DNA from: a virus
Lineage: Duplodnaviria; Caudoviricetes
Length of the DNA stretch: 27,417 bases
Virus record (IMG/VR): IMGVR_UViG_3300025585_000140
Location: 1-27,417 of that record
Strand: one strand, 5' to 3'
The stretch's first letter is position 1. The number at the start of each line of letters is the position of its first letter. The notes below the pieces were generated by a model. It saw nothing but the letters and a program-made list of their open reading frames with translations, searched no databases and was not told where the DNA came from. Positions 1 through 8,476 of this stretch are shown here, piece by piece. The position numbers and the translations under genes were made by a program.

Positions 1-18
1 CGTTCGGGATAGATGGGG

Positions 19-180
19 CTAGGTAAGCGACAAAAGCTTGTAAATGAGCGCGAGCGGGAAAAATGCGAGCGTGCAGAACACAAGGCTCGCGGGCGTCCAG
101 AGCCAGTCGAGCTGGAAGCACCGCCAGTTGCGCGGGTGGCGATAAAATATCCTTTCGGACGCGGGCTTGGTGTTTTTCAT
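19..180 (-). CDS. Small 53-aa membrane protein (not in ORF track), lysis region
   Basis: ATG at 180 overlaps the TGA of 177..779 (ATGA); MKNTKPASERIFYRHPRNWRCFQLDWLWTPASLVFCTLAFFPLALIYKLLSLT, with a C-terminal hydrophobic helix. Confidence 0.5.
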   Translation of the reverse strand: MKNTKPASERIFYRHPRNWRCFQLDWLWTPASLVFCTLAFFPLALIYKLLSLT

Positions 181-779
181 AGCGGTGTCACCTCTTCAAA
201 GCGCCCCAGGAACCCGACAGGCTTGCCATCTGCGCCCATAATGGGGTTCGCAACCGCGCGCACCCTTGACTGCTTCTTGGTCTGTGAGTGAATGACCGTA
301 TAGGTGTATTCAAAGTCACGGGCGCGGGTGACGGCATCATTCCATGCCTCCCAGACCTGCTGACGCTCTGGGCCCGGCGGCAATATATTCTCCCACGCAG
401 CCCCTGACATCTGTTCGCTTGATCGTCCGGTCAAATCCGACATGGCAACGTTGACGCGGATGCAACTGCCGTTCGCATCGCTTTCCCACATCGGCATTTT
501 GTAGGCTTGGCTGAAGGATATCTGCCACGCCTTGACCCGCTGGACATCAGACCCAAGAACATCAACCTTCGTCTTCGTTTCCTTCACCAAGTCAAACAGG
601 CTCGAACCCCCATTGGTCACAAGCTGCTTTTTGATGTCGGAGAGGCTTGCAATAAGCTCCTCGATGTTTTTTTTGCTTTGGATCAACACTCGCCACGCCC
701 ATGCTGCGGCACCGCCCAAGGTCCCGAGAAAGATAAATATCTCTGTGTAGCTTTTCGCATTCGCGATGAGCCATTCCAT
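177..779 (-). CDS. Membrane-anchored PAS-domain protein (N-terminal TM, NGGSSL coiled region, PAS/PAC)
   Basis: TM IFIFLGTLGGAAAWAW; PAS pattern MWESDANGSCIRVNVAMSDLTGRSSEQMSG..WENIL; PAC-like VRAVANPIMGADGKPVGFLGRFEEVT; GGGGG RBS. Confidence 0.85.
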   Translation of the reverse strand: MEWLIANAKSYTEIFIFLGTLGGAAAWAWRVLIQSKKNIEELIASLSDIKKQLVTNGGSSLFDLVKETKTKVDVLGSDVQRVKAWQISFSQAYKMPMWESDANGSCIRVNVAMSDLTGRSSEQMSGAAWENILPPGPERQQVWEAWNDAVTRARDFEYTYTVIHSQTKKQSRVRAVANPIMGADGKPVGFLGRFEEVTPL

Positions 780-799
780 TAGTTGTGCCCCCTAACGAA

Positions 800-1174
800 T
801 CACTTATAGACCGCCCTCGACAGTTCGATATGCGGGCCATCTTTGAAGCGTTTCCAGTCCCCGCCCCATTCGATAGCAATGTCCAGTTCCTTTGCAGCGG
901 CCTTGAAGGCGTCAGCCACAGGCTTGAAGGCTGGCCACTTCCATGTCACTTGGCCGTCGATCAGGGGGGCGAAGTCCACCGCGAGGCCGTACAGGTGGCG
1001 GCTGTTCATGGTCTTGGACAAGCCCTTGGCGAACAGTTCTCGCTGGCGTTCCTTGGTCCGCATTCCCTCGGTCAAGATAAAGCCACCCGGCATGATCTCA
1101 GCCGCCCTGCGGACCACACTAACTAGGTCCGGGTGAACCCCGACCAAAGCCTTTTCACTGCGTTCATTCAACAT
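800..1174 (-). CDS. Endolysin, peptidase M15 (L-Ala-D-Glu peptidase-like)
   Basis: LVGVHPDL, TEGMRTKERQ, SRHLYGLAVD, WGGDW, DGPHIEL zinc-peptidase motifs. Confidence 0.93.
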   Translation of the reverse strand: MLNERSEKALVGVHPDLVSVVRRAAEIMPGGFILTEGMRTKERQRELFAKGLSKTMNSRHLYGLAVDFAPLIDGQVTWKWPAFKPVADAFKAAAKELDIAIEWGGDWKRFKDGPHIELSRAVYK

Positions 1175-1235
1175 CAGAAGACACCCACATCAGGAGAAGC
1201 AGTAAGCCTAGGAAGGCGGCAATGGCCGGGGTCAT
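1164..1235 (-). CDS. Putative 23-aa hydrophobic micro-peptide
   Basis: MTPAIAAFLGLLLLLMWVSSDVE; ATG overlaps the upstream stop (ATGA at 1235-1232) and the stop lies just inside the endolysin start. Confidence 0.45.
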   Translation of the reverse strand: MTPAIAAFLGLLLLLMWVSSDVE

Positions 1236-1816
1236 GCGAAGATCAGGACGATGGTTGCCCACGTCACTGCTCCGACGATGACCTCCGATGTCTCCCCGCG
1301 CCCGTTGATGCGATAGCCCAGCCAGTAGAGGGGGCCATGCAGAAGCCCTGTCAGCGCATAGATGAGGCAGGGGATTTCATGAGACGGGGACAGGGGAAGG
1401 ATGGCCGTTGTGTTGCGCACGAGGCCGATAAACGACATCCCAGCGAGGTTGTACGCAGTGACGCGAGAGTGATGCCACGTCGTATCCGGGATGCCGCCGA
1501 AGGCTTGGGGAAGCCACCACTCGGTGAGGAGTTCGGTCTTGTTCTTTGAGAACGCAATGAACTGCTTGGCATCGAACACCATGTGCGCACCGTGACCGTA
1601 CAGGGCCATAGATGCGAACACAGAGACGATCAGCAGCGGGGCCAAGTACCAGGGGCCGCCAGCGAGGAAGTACAGCAGCAGGCCCGTGGGGACGGACCAT
1701 ATGGCGCGCATCAACTGCGTCTTTTGCTTCCACCCGGTGAGGATGGAGAGCCAGCCACCGCGCAGGCGATAGAGTATCCCGCCTACGATGGCGGCAATGA
1801 AAGCCCATCCAGCCAT
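1232..1816 (-). CDS. Multi-pass membrane protein of unknown function
   Basis: 194 aa with several hydrophobic segments; lies between the tail fibre module and the endolysin. Confidence 0.75.
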   Translation of the reverse strand: MAGWAFIAAIVGGILYRLRGGWLSILTGWKQKTQLMRAIWSVPTGLLLYFLAGGPWYLAPLLIVSVFASMALYGHGAHMVFDAKQFIAFSKNKTELLTEWWLPQAFGGIPDTTWHHSRVTAYNLAGMSFIGLVRNTTAILPLSPSHEIPCLIYALTGLLHGPLYWLGYRINGRGETSEVIVGAVTWATIVLIFA

Positions 1817-2340
1817 ATCTTCCGAAGCTCCTCGTCATCGCGTGCGTGCTTGATTGCGTTCTGGTAGGTCAGCCGTGGGAACTTGATTGGCGGCAGGCCA
1901 AACAGGTCGAGTTCCCTGCGCTTGTTTTCGCGTGAAACAGCGTCAACGAGTTTTTGCCACTGGATGGGCTTGGCTTTCTCAAGGTCAACGGACGGTGGAC
2001 CGCCATTGCTTGACCGTCGCCAAGCGTCACGGAACCAGCGGTCTGGCAGTTCGCTCACGTCAATCAGTTCGTGCAGGACCCCATGCCTTGCACAGTCACG
2101 GTCGCGGACAATCTCCCAGACCTCGGCTTCCGTGCAGCCACCGAAGGCCACCGCATGGGCAAAGCGCCGTGCGTGGTCTGCGTCGATGCCCGCCTGGATC
2201 TGCCGATCGATCTGCGTCTGCACGTAGCCACGGGGTTTGCTGTCCCAATAGCCACCATGCTGCATGACACGGAAGATGTCGGGGGTCGGGTATGTAACCG
2301 TAACCCCGCCATCATGCCGGGTGTAGAGAATGCCCTTCAC
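1783..2340 (-). CDS. Tail-fibre-associated protein (possible assembly chaperone)
   Basis: Start re-assigned to GTG at 2340, overlapping the fibre stop (GTGA); IDVSELPDRWFRDAW...VDLEKAK motif of the kind seen in genes downstream of phage fibres. Confidence 0.65.
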   Translation of the reverse strand: MKGILYTRHDGGVTVTYPTPDIFRVMQHGGYWDSKPRGYVQTQIDRQIQAGIDADHARRFAHAVAFGGCTEAEVWEIVRDRDCARHGVLHELIDVSELPDRWFRDAWRRSSNGGPPSVDLEKAKPIQWQKLVDAVSRENKRRELDLFGLPPIKFPRLTYQNAIKHARDDEELRKIWLDGLSLPPS

Positions 2341-3506
2341 AGGTCGCCGTGGAATATCGCGCTGTAGAAGCTGGGGTCTGTATTCGATGCACCGTCTGAC
2401 ACGAAGGCAACCGCGCAAGCCGAAGCGGTCGGGTCGGTGCCCTGATGGATGGAAGGCCACAGACCGGAGTTCGCCGAAGCACGCTGACACATGCCGGACT
2501 GCACATAGTTGGCAGAACTAAAAGAGGTCGTGAAGTTGACCGTCATCAGGCCGGGACCAGAGTCAGACACAGACGACACGTTGTAGCTGTCCGTAGCGGG
2601 GGACGGCGTACCACCACCTGCATAATCGCCCGTCAGCCAAGCTTTCGCCGCGCTGTCGTGGAAATGCTGCCGACCGGGGGAGACAAAGACCGCCGTGCTG
2701 GAACCTGTTTCCTGCTGCGCCTGGGTGGCTGCAAAGGACGACAGAAGCACCTTCTTGGCACCTGACGCTGTTGCATCGTAGGTGGGGAAGTAGTCCGCTG
2801 CACCGTCTGGAGAAGCATCCGCAGTCAGCGTGTTGATGGTCTTGTAGAAGTTCGTGATGGTTGTGGTTTTGGCTGCTGTACCGCTTGCATCATAGGTCAG
2901 TAAACTATCAGCCACGTCCGGGGTTGTGTCTGCGGTCAATCCGGTCAGCGCATTGTCCAGCATCTTCTGGAGCGTGACTTTGTTGAGTGCATTGCTCTCG
3001 GAAGCATCTGCGAACAGGAACAAGTCGCCGACCGCACCGCCCGTAGCATCCGTGGGGATGTCCGTGGTTGCCCAAGACAGACGGGGCGGGTTGAGCATCT
3101 GGAAGCGTGCCCCGTCATAGACAACGAACACCCAATCCGATGTCGCAATGTCGCCAGAGACAAGGGCTACGTCCTTGTAGCGAACTGCAGTAGCCCCAAG
3201 GCTATCCACGTTCAGCGTGACAGCGCCCGTGTTTCCCGTGGAAGTGTACTTGAACAGGTAACGCTGGCCTGCTGCCAAAGCAGAGACAGTCGGAGAGCAT
3301 GTCAGCGTGATGGCATCTGCCGACCCGGCTACAGTGCCGCCAGAGACGGTGCCGGCGTCAATCAGCGCGTACCATGAAGCGACTGCAGCCATCATGGCGC
3401 GGGCGCTGTCGTTTACCGTTGCTGGCGACTGGCCTTCAAGCCAGTTGATCGAAGCGTCTGCGTCGTCGTTGTCGGCGGCGGTTGTGGACCAGTCTTTAAC
3501 AGCCAT
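2337..3506 (-). CDS. Tail fibre/spike protein
   Basis: N-terminus WSTTAADN...EGQSPATVNDSARAMMA; NTGAVTLNVDSLGA module; Ala/Thr/Ser-rich repeats; C-terminal AKAW...SYNVSSVSDSGPG.MTVNFTTSFSSANY tip domain. Confidence 0.85.
   Translation of the reverse strand: MAVKDWSTTAADNDDADASINWLEGQSPATVNDSARAMMAAVASWYALIDAGTVSGGTVAGSADAITLTCSPTVSALAAGQRYLFKYTSTGNTGAVTLNVDSLGATAVRYKDVALVSGDIATSDWVFVVYDGARFQMLNPPRLSWATTDIPTDATGGAVGDLFLFADASESNALNKVTLQKMLDNALTGLTADTTPDVADSLLTYDASGTAAKTTTITNFYKTINTLTADASPDGAADYFPTYDATASGAKKVLLSSFAATQAQQETGSSTAVFVSPGRQHFHDSAAKAWLTGDYAGGGTPSPATDSYNVSSVSDSGPGLMTVNFTTSFSSANYVQSGMCQRASANSGLWPSIHQGTDPTASACAVAFVSDGASNTDPSFYSAIFHGDL
2733..3068 (-). repeat. Three imperfect ~37-aa repeats in the fibre shaft
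   Basis: IPTDATGGAVGDLFLFADASESNALNKVTL / LTADTTPDVADSLLTYDASGTAAKTTTI / LTADASPDGAADYFPTYDATASGAKKVLL. Confidence 0.7.
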
Positions 3507-3932
3507 TTACCTGACCCCCTGAAGCTGAGACAGCAACATCGCGTTGCGTGCGCGTTCTCTATCGAAATCATCAAGCGCCTGAGCGTGGCGCTGGTTGTTC
3601 TGGAACATGGCCCCTGCCTGCTGGCCTAGCCTGTTGTCCGTGGCTGGGTCGGGCGTGGCCTTGCCCTGAAACATCGAGATCAGGTCTGACAGGTTCGGGA
3701 AGCCTCCCATTGCGGGCTGCTTGGGAGCCGCGCGCATCTGGGGCATGGAAGGGTCCACCTGGGCCTTCATCCCTGCGATGTATGACCCCAGTGTAGGCTG
3801 CTGGGGCATACGGGCTTGAGCCTGTGCGATCTGGGCCAGCCACTCCTGTTCGGAGATGGGGCCGGGTTCTGACATGGGGGCTTGTTCGGAGGGGGCTTGA
3901 GGCCTCATCCGTATCAGGTCGGTGGATGGCAT
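3507..3932 (-). CDS. Hypothetical Gln/Pro/Met-rich protein (possible internal virion protein)
   Basis: Fills the gap between adjacent genes exactly; low-complexity composition. Confidence 0.65.
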   Translation of the reverse strand: MPSTDLIRMRPQAPSEQAPMSEPGPISEQEWLAQIAQAQARMPQQPTLGSYIAGMKAQVDPSMPQMRAAPKQPAMGGFPNLSDLISMFQGKATPDPATDNRLGQQAGAMFQNNQRHAQALDDFDRERARNAMLLSQLQGVR

Positions 3933-3936
3933 GTGC

Positions 3937-5532
3937 CTACCTCTGTCGGGTGTTTACGGAGCCGGGGATTGCGGGGGCAGCGGATTGGCCGGCAAGACGG
4001 GCGCGGCGCTGCATTTCGAGCATGATCTGGTTCGCGCGCTGTATTGTCGTCGGCGTGGTTAGAGGCCCGCCCCTAGCCGCTGCGGAGACGCGAGAAGCGT
4101 TTCGCGTTGCAAGCGCCTCCGCCATTGCTTTCGCCCCCATGCCAGCAGCAGGGACCATTGCCAATCCGGGATGGATGAACATCGCCGCCAGCCCGGACGT
4201 GCCGAGCGTGCCAAGACCTTGCAAGGCCCCTGTGCTGGGGGAGAATGAACGGCCAAACCAGCGAAGGAATTTCTCGGGGTTGCTCCCCTCAACTGCCCTT
4301 CTGATGAGCGCACGCTCTGGCTTTGTGAACCCCTTGATCTTCTTCGGGTTCAGAAGGATGGACTTTAAGTTCTGCTTGATGCGGTTTTCGAGATTGCCGC
4401 CAGTTCCACTGGAAGATGCTTCAAGGCGCGCCTTGTCTACAGCCTCGTCAATCATCTGGGCCTTGCGCATCCGGTGCCACATTGAGCGCGCCGCCTTGAG
4501 AGCCTCGACCGCACCAGATGGGCCACTAGCGAGATTTGCCGGAACAGCCAAGTCCTGCGGCGTCAAGTTCTCCATGAACTCGTCAATCTTGTCGATGACC
4601 ATGCTGCCAAGACGGGACTCGCCTGGCACCTTGCTCATCGCTGCATTGCCCGTCAGCCCCCTGATCACCTTGTCCAAGTGCTTCAGGGTTGCATTGTTCT
4701 TTGCCGATTTCGATATGACGCCCAGCGCCGCTGAAACGCTTGGGGCCTGCTTTGGGTGGTAGGCTTCATTTGCCAGCAAGTTTTCAACCTCGGTGGCAAG
4801 CCTCTGCATGGCATTGCGCCCGACGATTACCCCTGATTTGTCGGCAACATCGTAGGCTGCGTCTGCGGTAGTGCGCAGGTCGTCGATGCTGGGGGCTGCC
4901 CTGATGCCTGAGGTGAGTTGCCCTTTAAGAACTCCGGGGGCGAGGCCCCCGGTGATAGCCCCAGCAGCCTCTCCATAGCCCCCAGTAAGTTCAGGAGCCA
5001 GCGTGTCAGCAGTGCGCCCAGCTTCCGAGCCAACGAGCGCCGTAGAACTTGGAAGGAACGATGTTGCAGCGCCCTTGATCCCACCAAGAAGACCGCCACC
5101 CGCGATACCGCCCCCGACGAACTGCCCACCTTTGCGGAAGATGCGCTGCGCTTCGTCGGTTGGTTGCGGGGCTGAGATTTCGCCAAGGTTGCGGCGGGCG
5201 AAATCGGTCCACCCCTGCGCACCCCACCCTTCAAGGTTGGACCCTTCAAGCGGAACCCCTTTGGCAAGCGAAGCCAGCTCCACGGGAAGGCCGGGAAGGC
5301 TTGCTACTCCTTCCATTACCCCGGAACCAGCCTGCACGGCAAGATTCCCTAGATCACCCAGCAGGCCACCGTCCTCTGGAGCATTGCCCTGCGTTAACTG
5401 CTGCGGCGGCTGTTTCTCGGTGCCGCCCTGCACTTTCGCCCAATGCTCTGCGGAAACCCGGCTCATGGTCTCCTGATCGGTGCCATCCGGGAAATTGATC
5501 TTGGAGCCGTCTGGAAACTTGACTGATGGCAT
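3937..5532 (-). CDS. Putative DNA ejection/internal virion protein
   Basis: 531 aa, Gly/Ala-rich hydrophobic stretches; N-terminal VKFPDGSKINFPDGT; position matches podovirus ejection genes. Confidence 0.7.
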   Translation of the reverse strand: MPSVKFPDGSKINFPDGTDQETMSRVSAEHWAKVQGGTEKQPPQQLTQGNAPEDGGLLGDLGNLAVQAGSGVMEGVASLPGLPVELASLAKGVPLEGSNLEGWGAQGWTDFARRNLGEISAPQPTDEAQRIFRKGGQFVGGGIAGGGLLGGIKGAATSFLPSSTALVGSEAGRTADTLAPELTGGYGEAAGAITGGLAPGVLKGQLTSGIRAAPSIDDLRTTADAAYDVADKSGVIVGRNAMQRLATEVENLLANEAYHPKQAPSVSAALGVISKSAKNNATLKHLDKVIRGLTGNAAMSKVPGESRLGSMVIDKIDEFMENLTPQDLAVPANLASGPSGAVEALKAARSMWHRMRKAQMIDEAVDKARLEASSSGTGGNLENRIKQNLKSILLNPKKIKGFTKPERALIRRAVEGSNPEKFLRWFGRSFSPSTGALQGLGTLGTSGLAAMFIHPGLAMVPAAGMGAKAMAEALATRNASRVSAAARGGPLTTPTTIQRANQIMLEMQRRARLAGQSAAPAIPGSVNTRQR

Positions 5533-6566
5533 TATTCAAGCCTCCCGGTTGCGGGGTTGAAGGTCAATTCGCCCGCAGGCGCAGGCGGAGCAAGGTTGAG
5601 TTCGAACAAGCCCCTGGTGCGGTCGGCTGATCCCTTTGGGTAGACGAAATCAAGCTGCCTGTTGTAGTCCCGCACGGTGTTGTTCATGGCTTTTTCGAGG
5701 ATGTCCAAAATCCGCTTGATTGACGTGGGATCAAGGTTGATGTCCCCGGCTGACGCACGCTCTGCGAACTTCAACTCGCCTTCCGAGAGTTGCGATGTGC
5801 CGGAAGTTGCCTTGAGGGTCGCGCCAACAAGCGGGGCAATAGCCGCCTTGAACGATTCTGTGTTGACCACTGCGGGATCGACTGGCTTCCCGGTCAACAG
5901 GCTCAGGACCTTTGACGCGCCGACACGGATGTCAGCCCCAGCACCAAACATGCCGCCATCGTTTACGAGTTTCCGCGCCTCACGCAGCGAGTTCATACCG
6001 CCCACAATCGGAGCGACCTTGTCATACCGGGACTGAACAGCATCAAATAGCTGCTTTTCAGAGCCGCCAACATTGACCGTGGTGCTGTTTGTGCTTGCGC
6101 TCGCCTTTCGCCTTTGTGTGTCCCAATCCTGGAACGTCCCCTGAAAGCCCTGCGACTTGGCGAATTCGTATTCCTGAATGTCGTCCGTCTTCTTTGGAGG
6201 CGGGGCAAACATATTCCCCGCCATCGTAGACACCAGACTGCGCTGCATCTCCGGGTCATTCCTTGCGGCTTCGAAAATCGGGCGCATTTGTTCCGGGATG
6301 GTCTGGGCCATGCTGTCGAAGGCAGAGGCGAGGCCCTTCTGCTTCTGGCTTTCACCCATCTGCCGGCCAAAGCCTGAAAGGCCCATTGCCAGCTTGGAGG
6401 CAAAGGGGCCACCCGGTCGCGCCATCGCTTCTGCAAGCGAGAAGAACGCTTCCGGCGGGGCATTCGTCCAGAGATTGCCCAGCCCTGTACCAACCCGGTC
6501 AAGGAAAGATGGCTTGGGGGCTTCTTCGCCCTGTGGGGCTGCGAGGTAATACGGGGTAGCCATCAA
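5532..6566 (-). CDS. Putative DNA ejection/internal virion protein
   Basis: 344 aa, helical; TDDIQEYEFAKSQGFQGTFQDW and SEGELKF motifs; lies in the ejection cluster. Confidence 0.7.
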   Translation of the reverse strand: MMATPYYLAAPQGEEAPKPSFLDRVGTGLGNLWTNAPPEAFFSLAEAMARPGGPFASKLAMGLSGFGRQMGESQKQKGLASAFDSMAQTIPEQMRPIFEAARNDPEMQRSLVSTMAGNMFAPPPKKTDDIQEYEFAKSQGFQGTFQDWDTQRRKASASTNSTTVNVGGSEKQLFDAVQSRYDKVAPIVGGMNSLREARKLVNDGGMFGAGADIRVGASKVLSLLTGKPVDPAVVNTESFKAAIAPLVGATLKATSGTSQLSEGELKFAERASAGDINLDPTSIKRILDILEKAMNNTVRDYNRQLDFVYPKGSADRTRGLFELNLAPPAPAGELTFNPATGRLE

Positions 6567-7369
6567 CCAAATCCTCCTGCCATCTTGGCAACGCCAGCCG
6601 CCGATGAAAGCAGCCCGGTCAACTGACTAAGCGGTGACATCTGCATCGTCTGCGTGTTCGTACCCGTCCCACCCATACCACCGATGCCTTGGGCCAAGCC
6701 CGCATAGCGCGTGAGGTTCTGCCACGGGGACTCCTGCTCAAAGTTCCAGCGGTTGAGCATGTCCTGCAGTGTCTCGCCTGCCTTGCCTTCACGGGCCGCG
6801 CCGACACCCGCCAGAGCGTTCAGGTCATTGTAGCCCGCCTGCTGATAGCCGGGGATTGCGGAGGTGTAGCCTGGCATCTGCCCCGCGGCGCTCAATTGGT
6901 TCTGCCGCTCGCGCTGATAGTCTTGGCCCCAAATCTGCGAGGCGAGGTTGCCAAGTTCCTTGGTCATGACGCCTGCATGGGCGGGGCTTCCTGTCCGTCC
7001 GTAGGATGAGAACTGCGAGTTGACCGCATCCGTCACATCGCCCGACATCGCGTTGAACATGTCGGAGAGGTACGGGTTCGAGTTCAGCATCTGACCCGAT
7101 GCCGTGCGCTGGAGCGTGTCAAGCCCGCCCGTCAGTGCAGCCTGGCCCTGATTGTAAAGCGGGTTGCCCTGCTGTGCCCTCTGCTCAATCCCCTGCAGCG
7201 CCTGTTCAGTTTGGTTGCTGAATGGCGTTACAGTCGAGAACGGAGCGTACTGCGAGCCTCGGTTATAGAGGTTCCCCGCCTGACCCAAGATGCCCTTCAG
7301 GGCGTCCTGTGCGGGTGCCCACGGCGCGTTTTCCTGCGTCGTGGTCTGTGTGTCTGACTTCCCACCCAT
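6563..7369 (-). CDS. Putative pilot/ejection protein
   Basis: Start re-assigned to ATG 7369 (MGGKSDTQTTTQENAPW); Gln/Gly-rich with NPYL motif and a Gly-rich C-terminus; follows a GNAT-like gene. Confidence 0.7.
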   Translation of the reverse strand: MGGKSDTQTTTQENAPWAPAQDALKGILGQAGNLYNRGSQYAPFSTVTPFSNQTEQALQGIEQRAQQGNPLYNQGQAALTGGLDTLQRTASGQMLNSNPYLSDMFNAMSGDVTDAVNSQFSSYGRTGSPAHAGVMTKELGNLASQIWGQDYQRERQNQLSAAGQMPGYTSAIPGYQQAGYNDLNALAGVGAAREGKAGETLQDMLNRWNFEQESPWQNLTRYAGLAQGIGGMGGTGTNTQTMQMSPLSQLTGLLSSAAGVAKMAGGFG

Positions 7370-7370
7370 A

Positions 7371-7805
7371 TCAATCAACCTTCCATTCAAGCATCACATG
7401 CGTCTTCTTGAATTCGGTAAAGACCCGCTCCCAACCCGGCCTTGCAATCAACTCGAACAACTTGCAGCCCTCGGCTTTCGCGAACATCTTGAGCGTATCG
7501 ACCGCGAGCCTCTGCCATCGGTCGCGGTTGTCGCCAGATGCCATGATGGCCTCCAGGGACTTTATCCCGCTGCTTTCGATGTTGAGGCGCGTGATGACCA
7601 CAGCCATGCACTTGGGGCCTTCCCAGTACGTCCAGCATTGCCACTTGCCGGAGGTGAGAAGGTCAAAGACGCACTTCTCGGTCAGCCGCCCGCTTGACCG
7701 CTCCACGCCTGACACGATGCGCTGCCGGATCGCAGGCCAAAGCGCGTCAATGGTGTCCGGGGGAAGCTGGAAGAACTTGTATTCGGTCTGGGTCTGGATG
7801 GTCAT
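7371..7805 (-). CDS. GNAT-fold-like virion morphogenesis protein
   Basis: Start ATG 7805 overlaps the upstream stop; FAKAEGCKLFELIARPGWERV motif; position before the ejection genes. Confidence 0.7.
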   Translation of the reverse strand: MTIQTQTEYKFFQLPPDTIDALWPAIRQRIVSGVERSSGRLTEKCVFDLLTSGKWQCWTYWEGPKCMAVVITRLNIESSGIKSLEAIMASGDNRDRWQRLAVDTLKMFAKAEGCKLFELIARPGWERVFTEFKKTHVMLEWKVD

Positions 7806-8044
7806 TGTTTCTGCTTGAGCATCTCGATGAGGGCCATAAGCGCCGACTGCGGGTTTTCCATCATGGGAGCGCCGGGTTGACCGGGTTGGCCACCCATTCC
7901 CTGCATCCCTTGGGCAAGGCCGGGGATCATCATCTGATTGCCCTGCCAATAGTTCGCAGGCGCGCCCATGTTGCCATTGTATTGTGGGGTCTGTTGCGGT
8001 GCCCCATCAGCAGCAGAGCCGCCCGCTATCATTCGTCCCATCAT
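7802..8044 (-). CDS. Small Gln/Gly/Met-rich hypothetical protein
   Basis: AAGGA RBS; fits between its neighbours with an ATGA overlap. Confidence 0.6.
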   Translation of the reverse strand: MMGRMIAGGSAADGAPQQTPQYNGNMGAPANYWQGNQMMIPGLAQGMQGMGGQPGQPGAPMMENPQSALMALIEMLKQKQ

Positions 8045-8056
8045 GTCCGTGTTTCC

Positions 8057-8476
8057 TTATCCACTCATTACGCCAGTGATGTACCAACCCACGCTTGCAT
8101 CGCAGGTCAGTTCGTAGCCCATGTATTGCTGGTAAATCGTGAGCGTTGCCGCCCCGTCGATTGTGTCCGTGCTGTCGCCGTCCAAGATGGCAACATTGTT
8201 CCCGCCCGTGATCCGCTTGAACTTCAGCACGCGCCCGTCATTGCTGGCCTTCGGAGGCAGCGTAATCGTCACATTGTTGGACGTGGTGTTGATCGGGATG
8301 AAGTAGTCGTTGTCGAGGACGGTGTAGGTGCTTGCGGTAACTGCGGCCAGCACACCAACCTTCTGCGGCCCCTGGTCCTGATGGGCATAGGTCACAAGCT
8401 GGTTGACGATGTCGGCTATTTCTCGCGGTGACGGCTGAAACGGGAGTTTGCGTACCCGCTTGAAGTCCGTTGTCAC
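8057..8476 (-). CDS. Tail accessory protein (needle/knob-like, beta-rich C-terminus)
   Basis: GTGA overlap with the nozzle gene; VTITLP...GRVLKFKR...DTIDGAATLTI module. Confidence 0.6.
   Translation of the reverse strand: MTTDFKRVRKLPFQPSPREIADIVNQLVTYAHQDQGPQKVGVLAAVTASTYTVLDNDYFIPINTTSNNVTITLPPKASNDGRVLKFKRITGGNNVAILDGDSTDTIDGAATLTIYQQYMGYELTCDASVGWYITGVMSG

Noticed and set aside
2337-2700. Diversity-generating retroelement target in the fibre tip
   Set aside because: No reverse transcriptase and no template/variable repeat pair seen in the window
3824-4762. 312-aa plus-strand ORF
   Set aside because: Antisense shadow of the 531-aa gene in GC-rich DNA; no recognisable motifs
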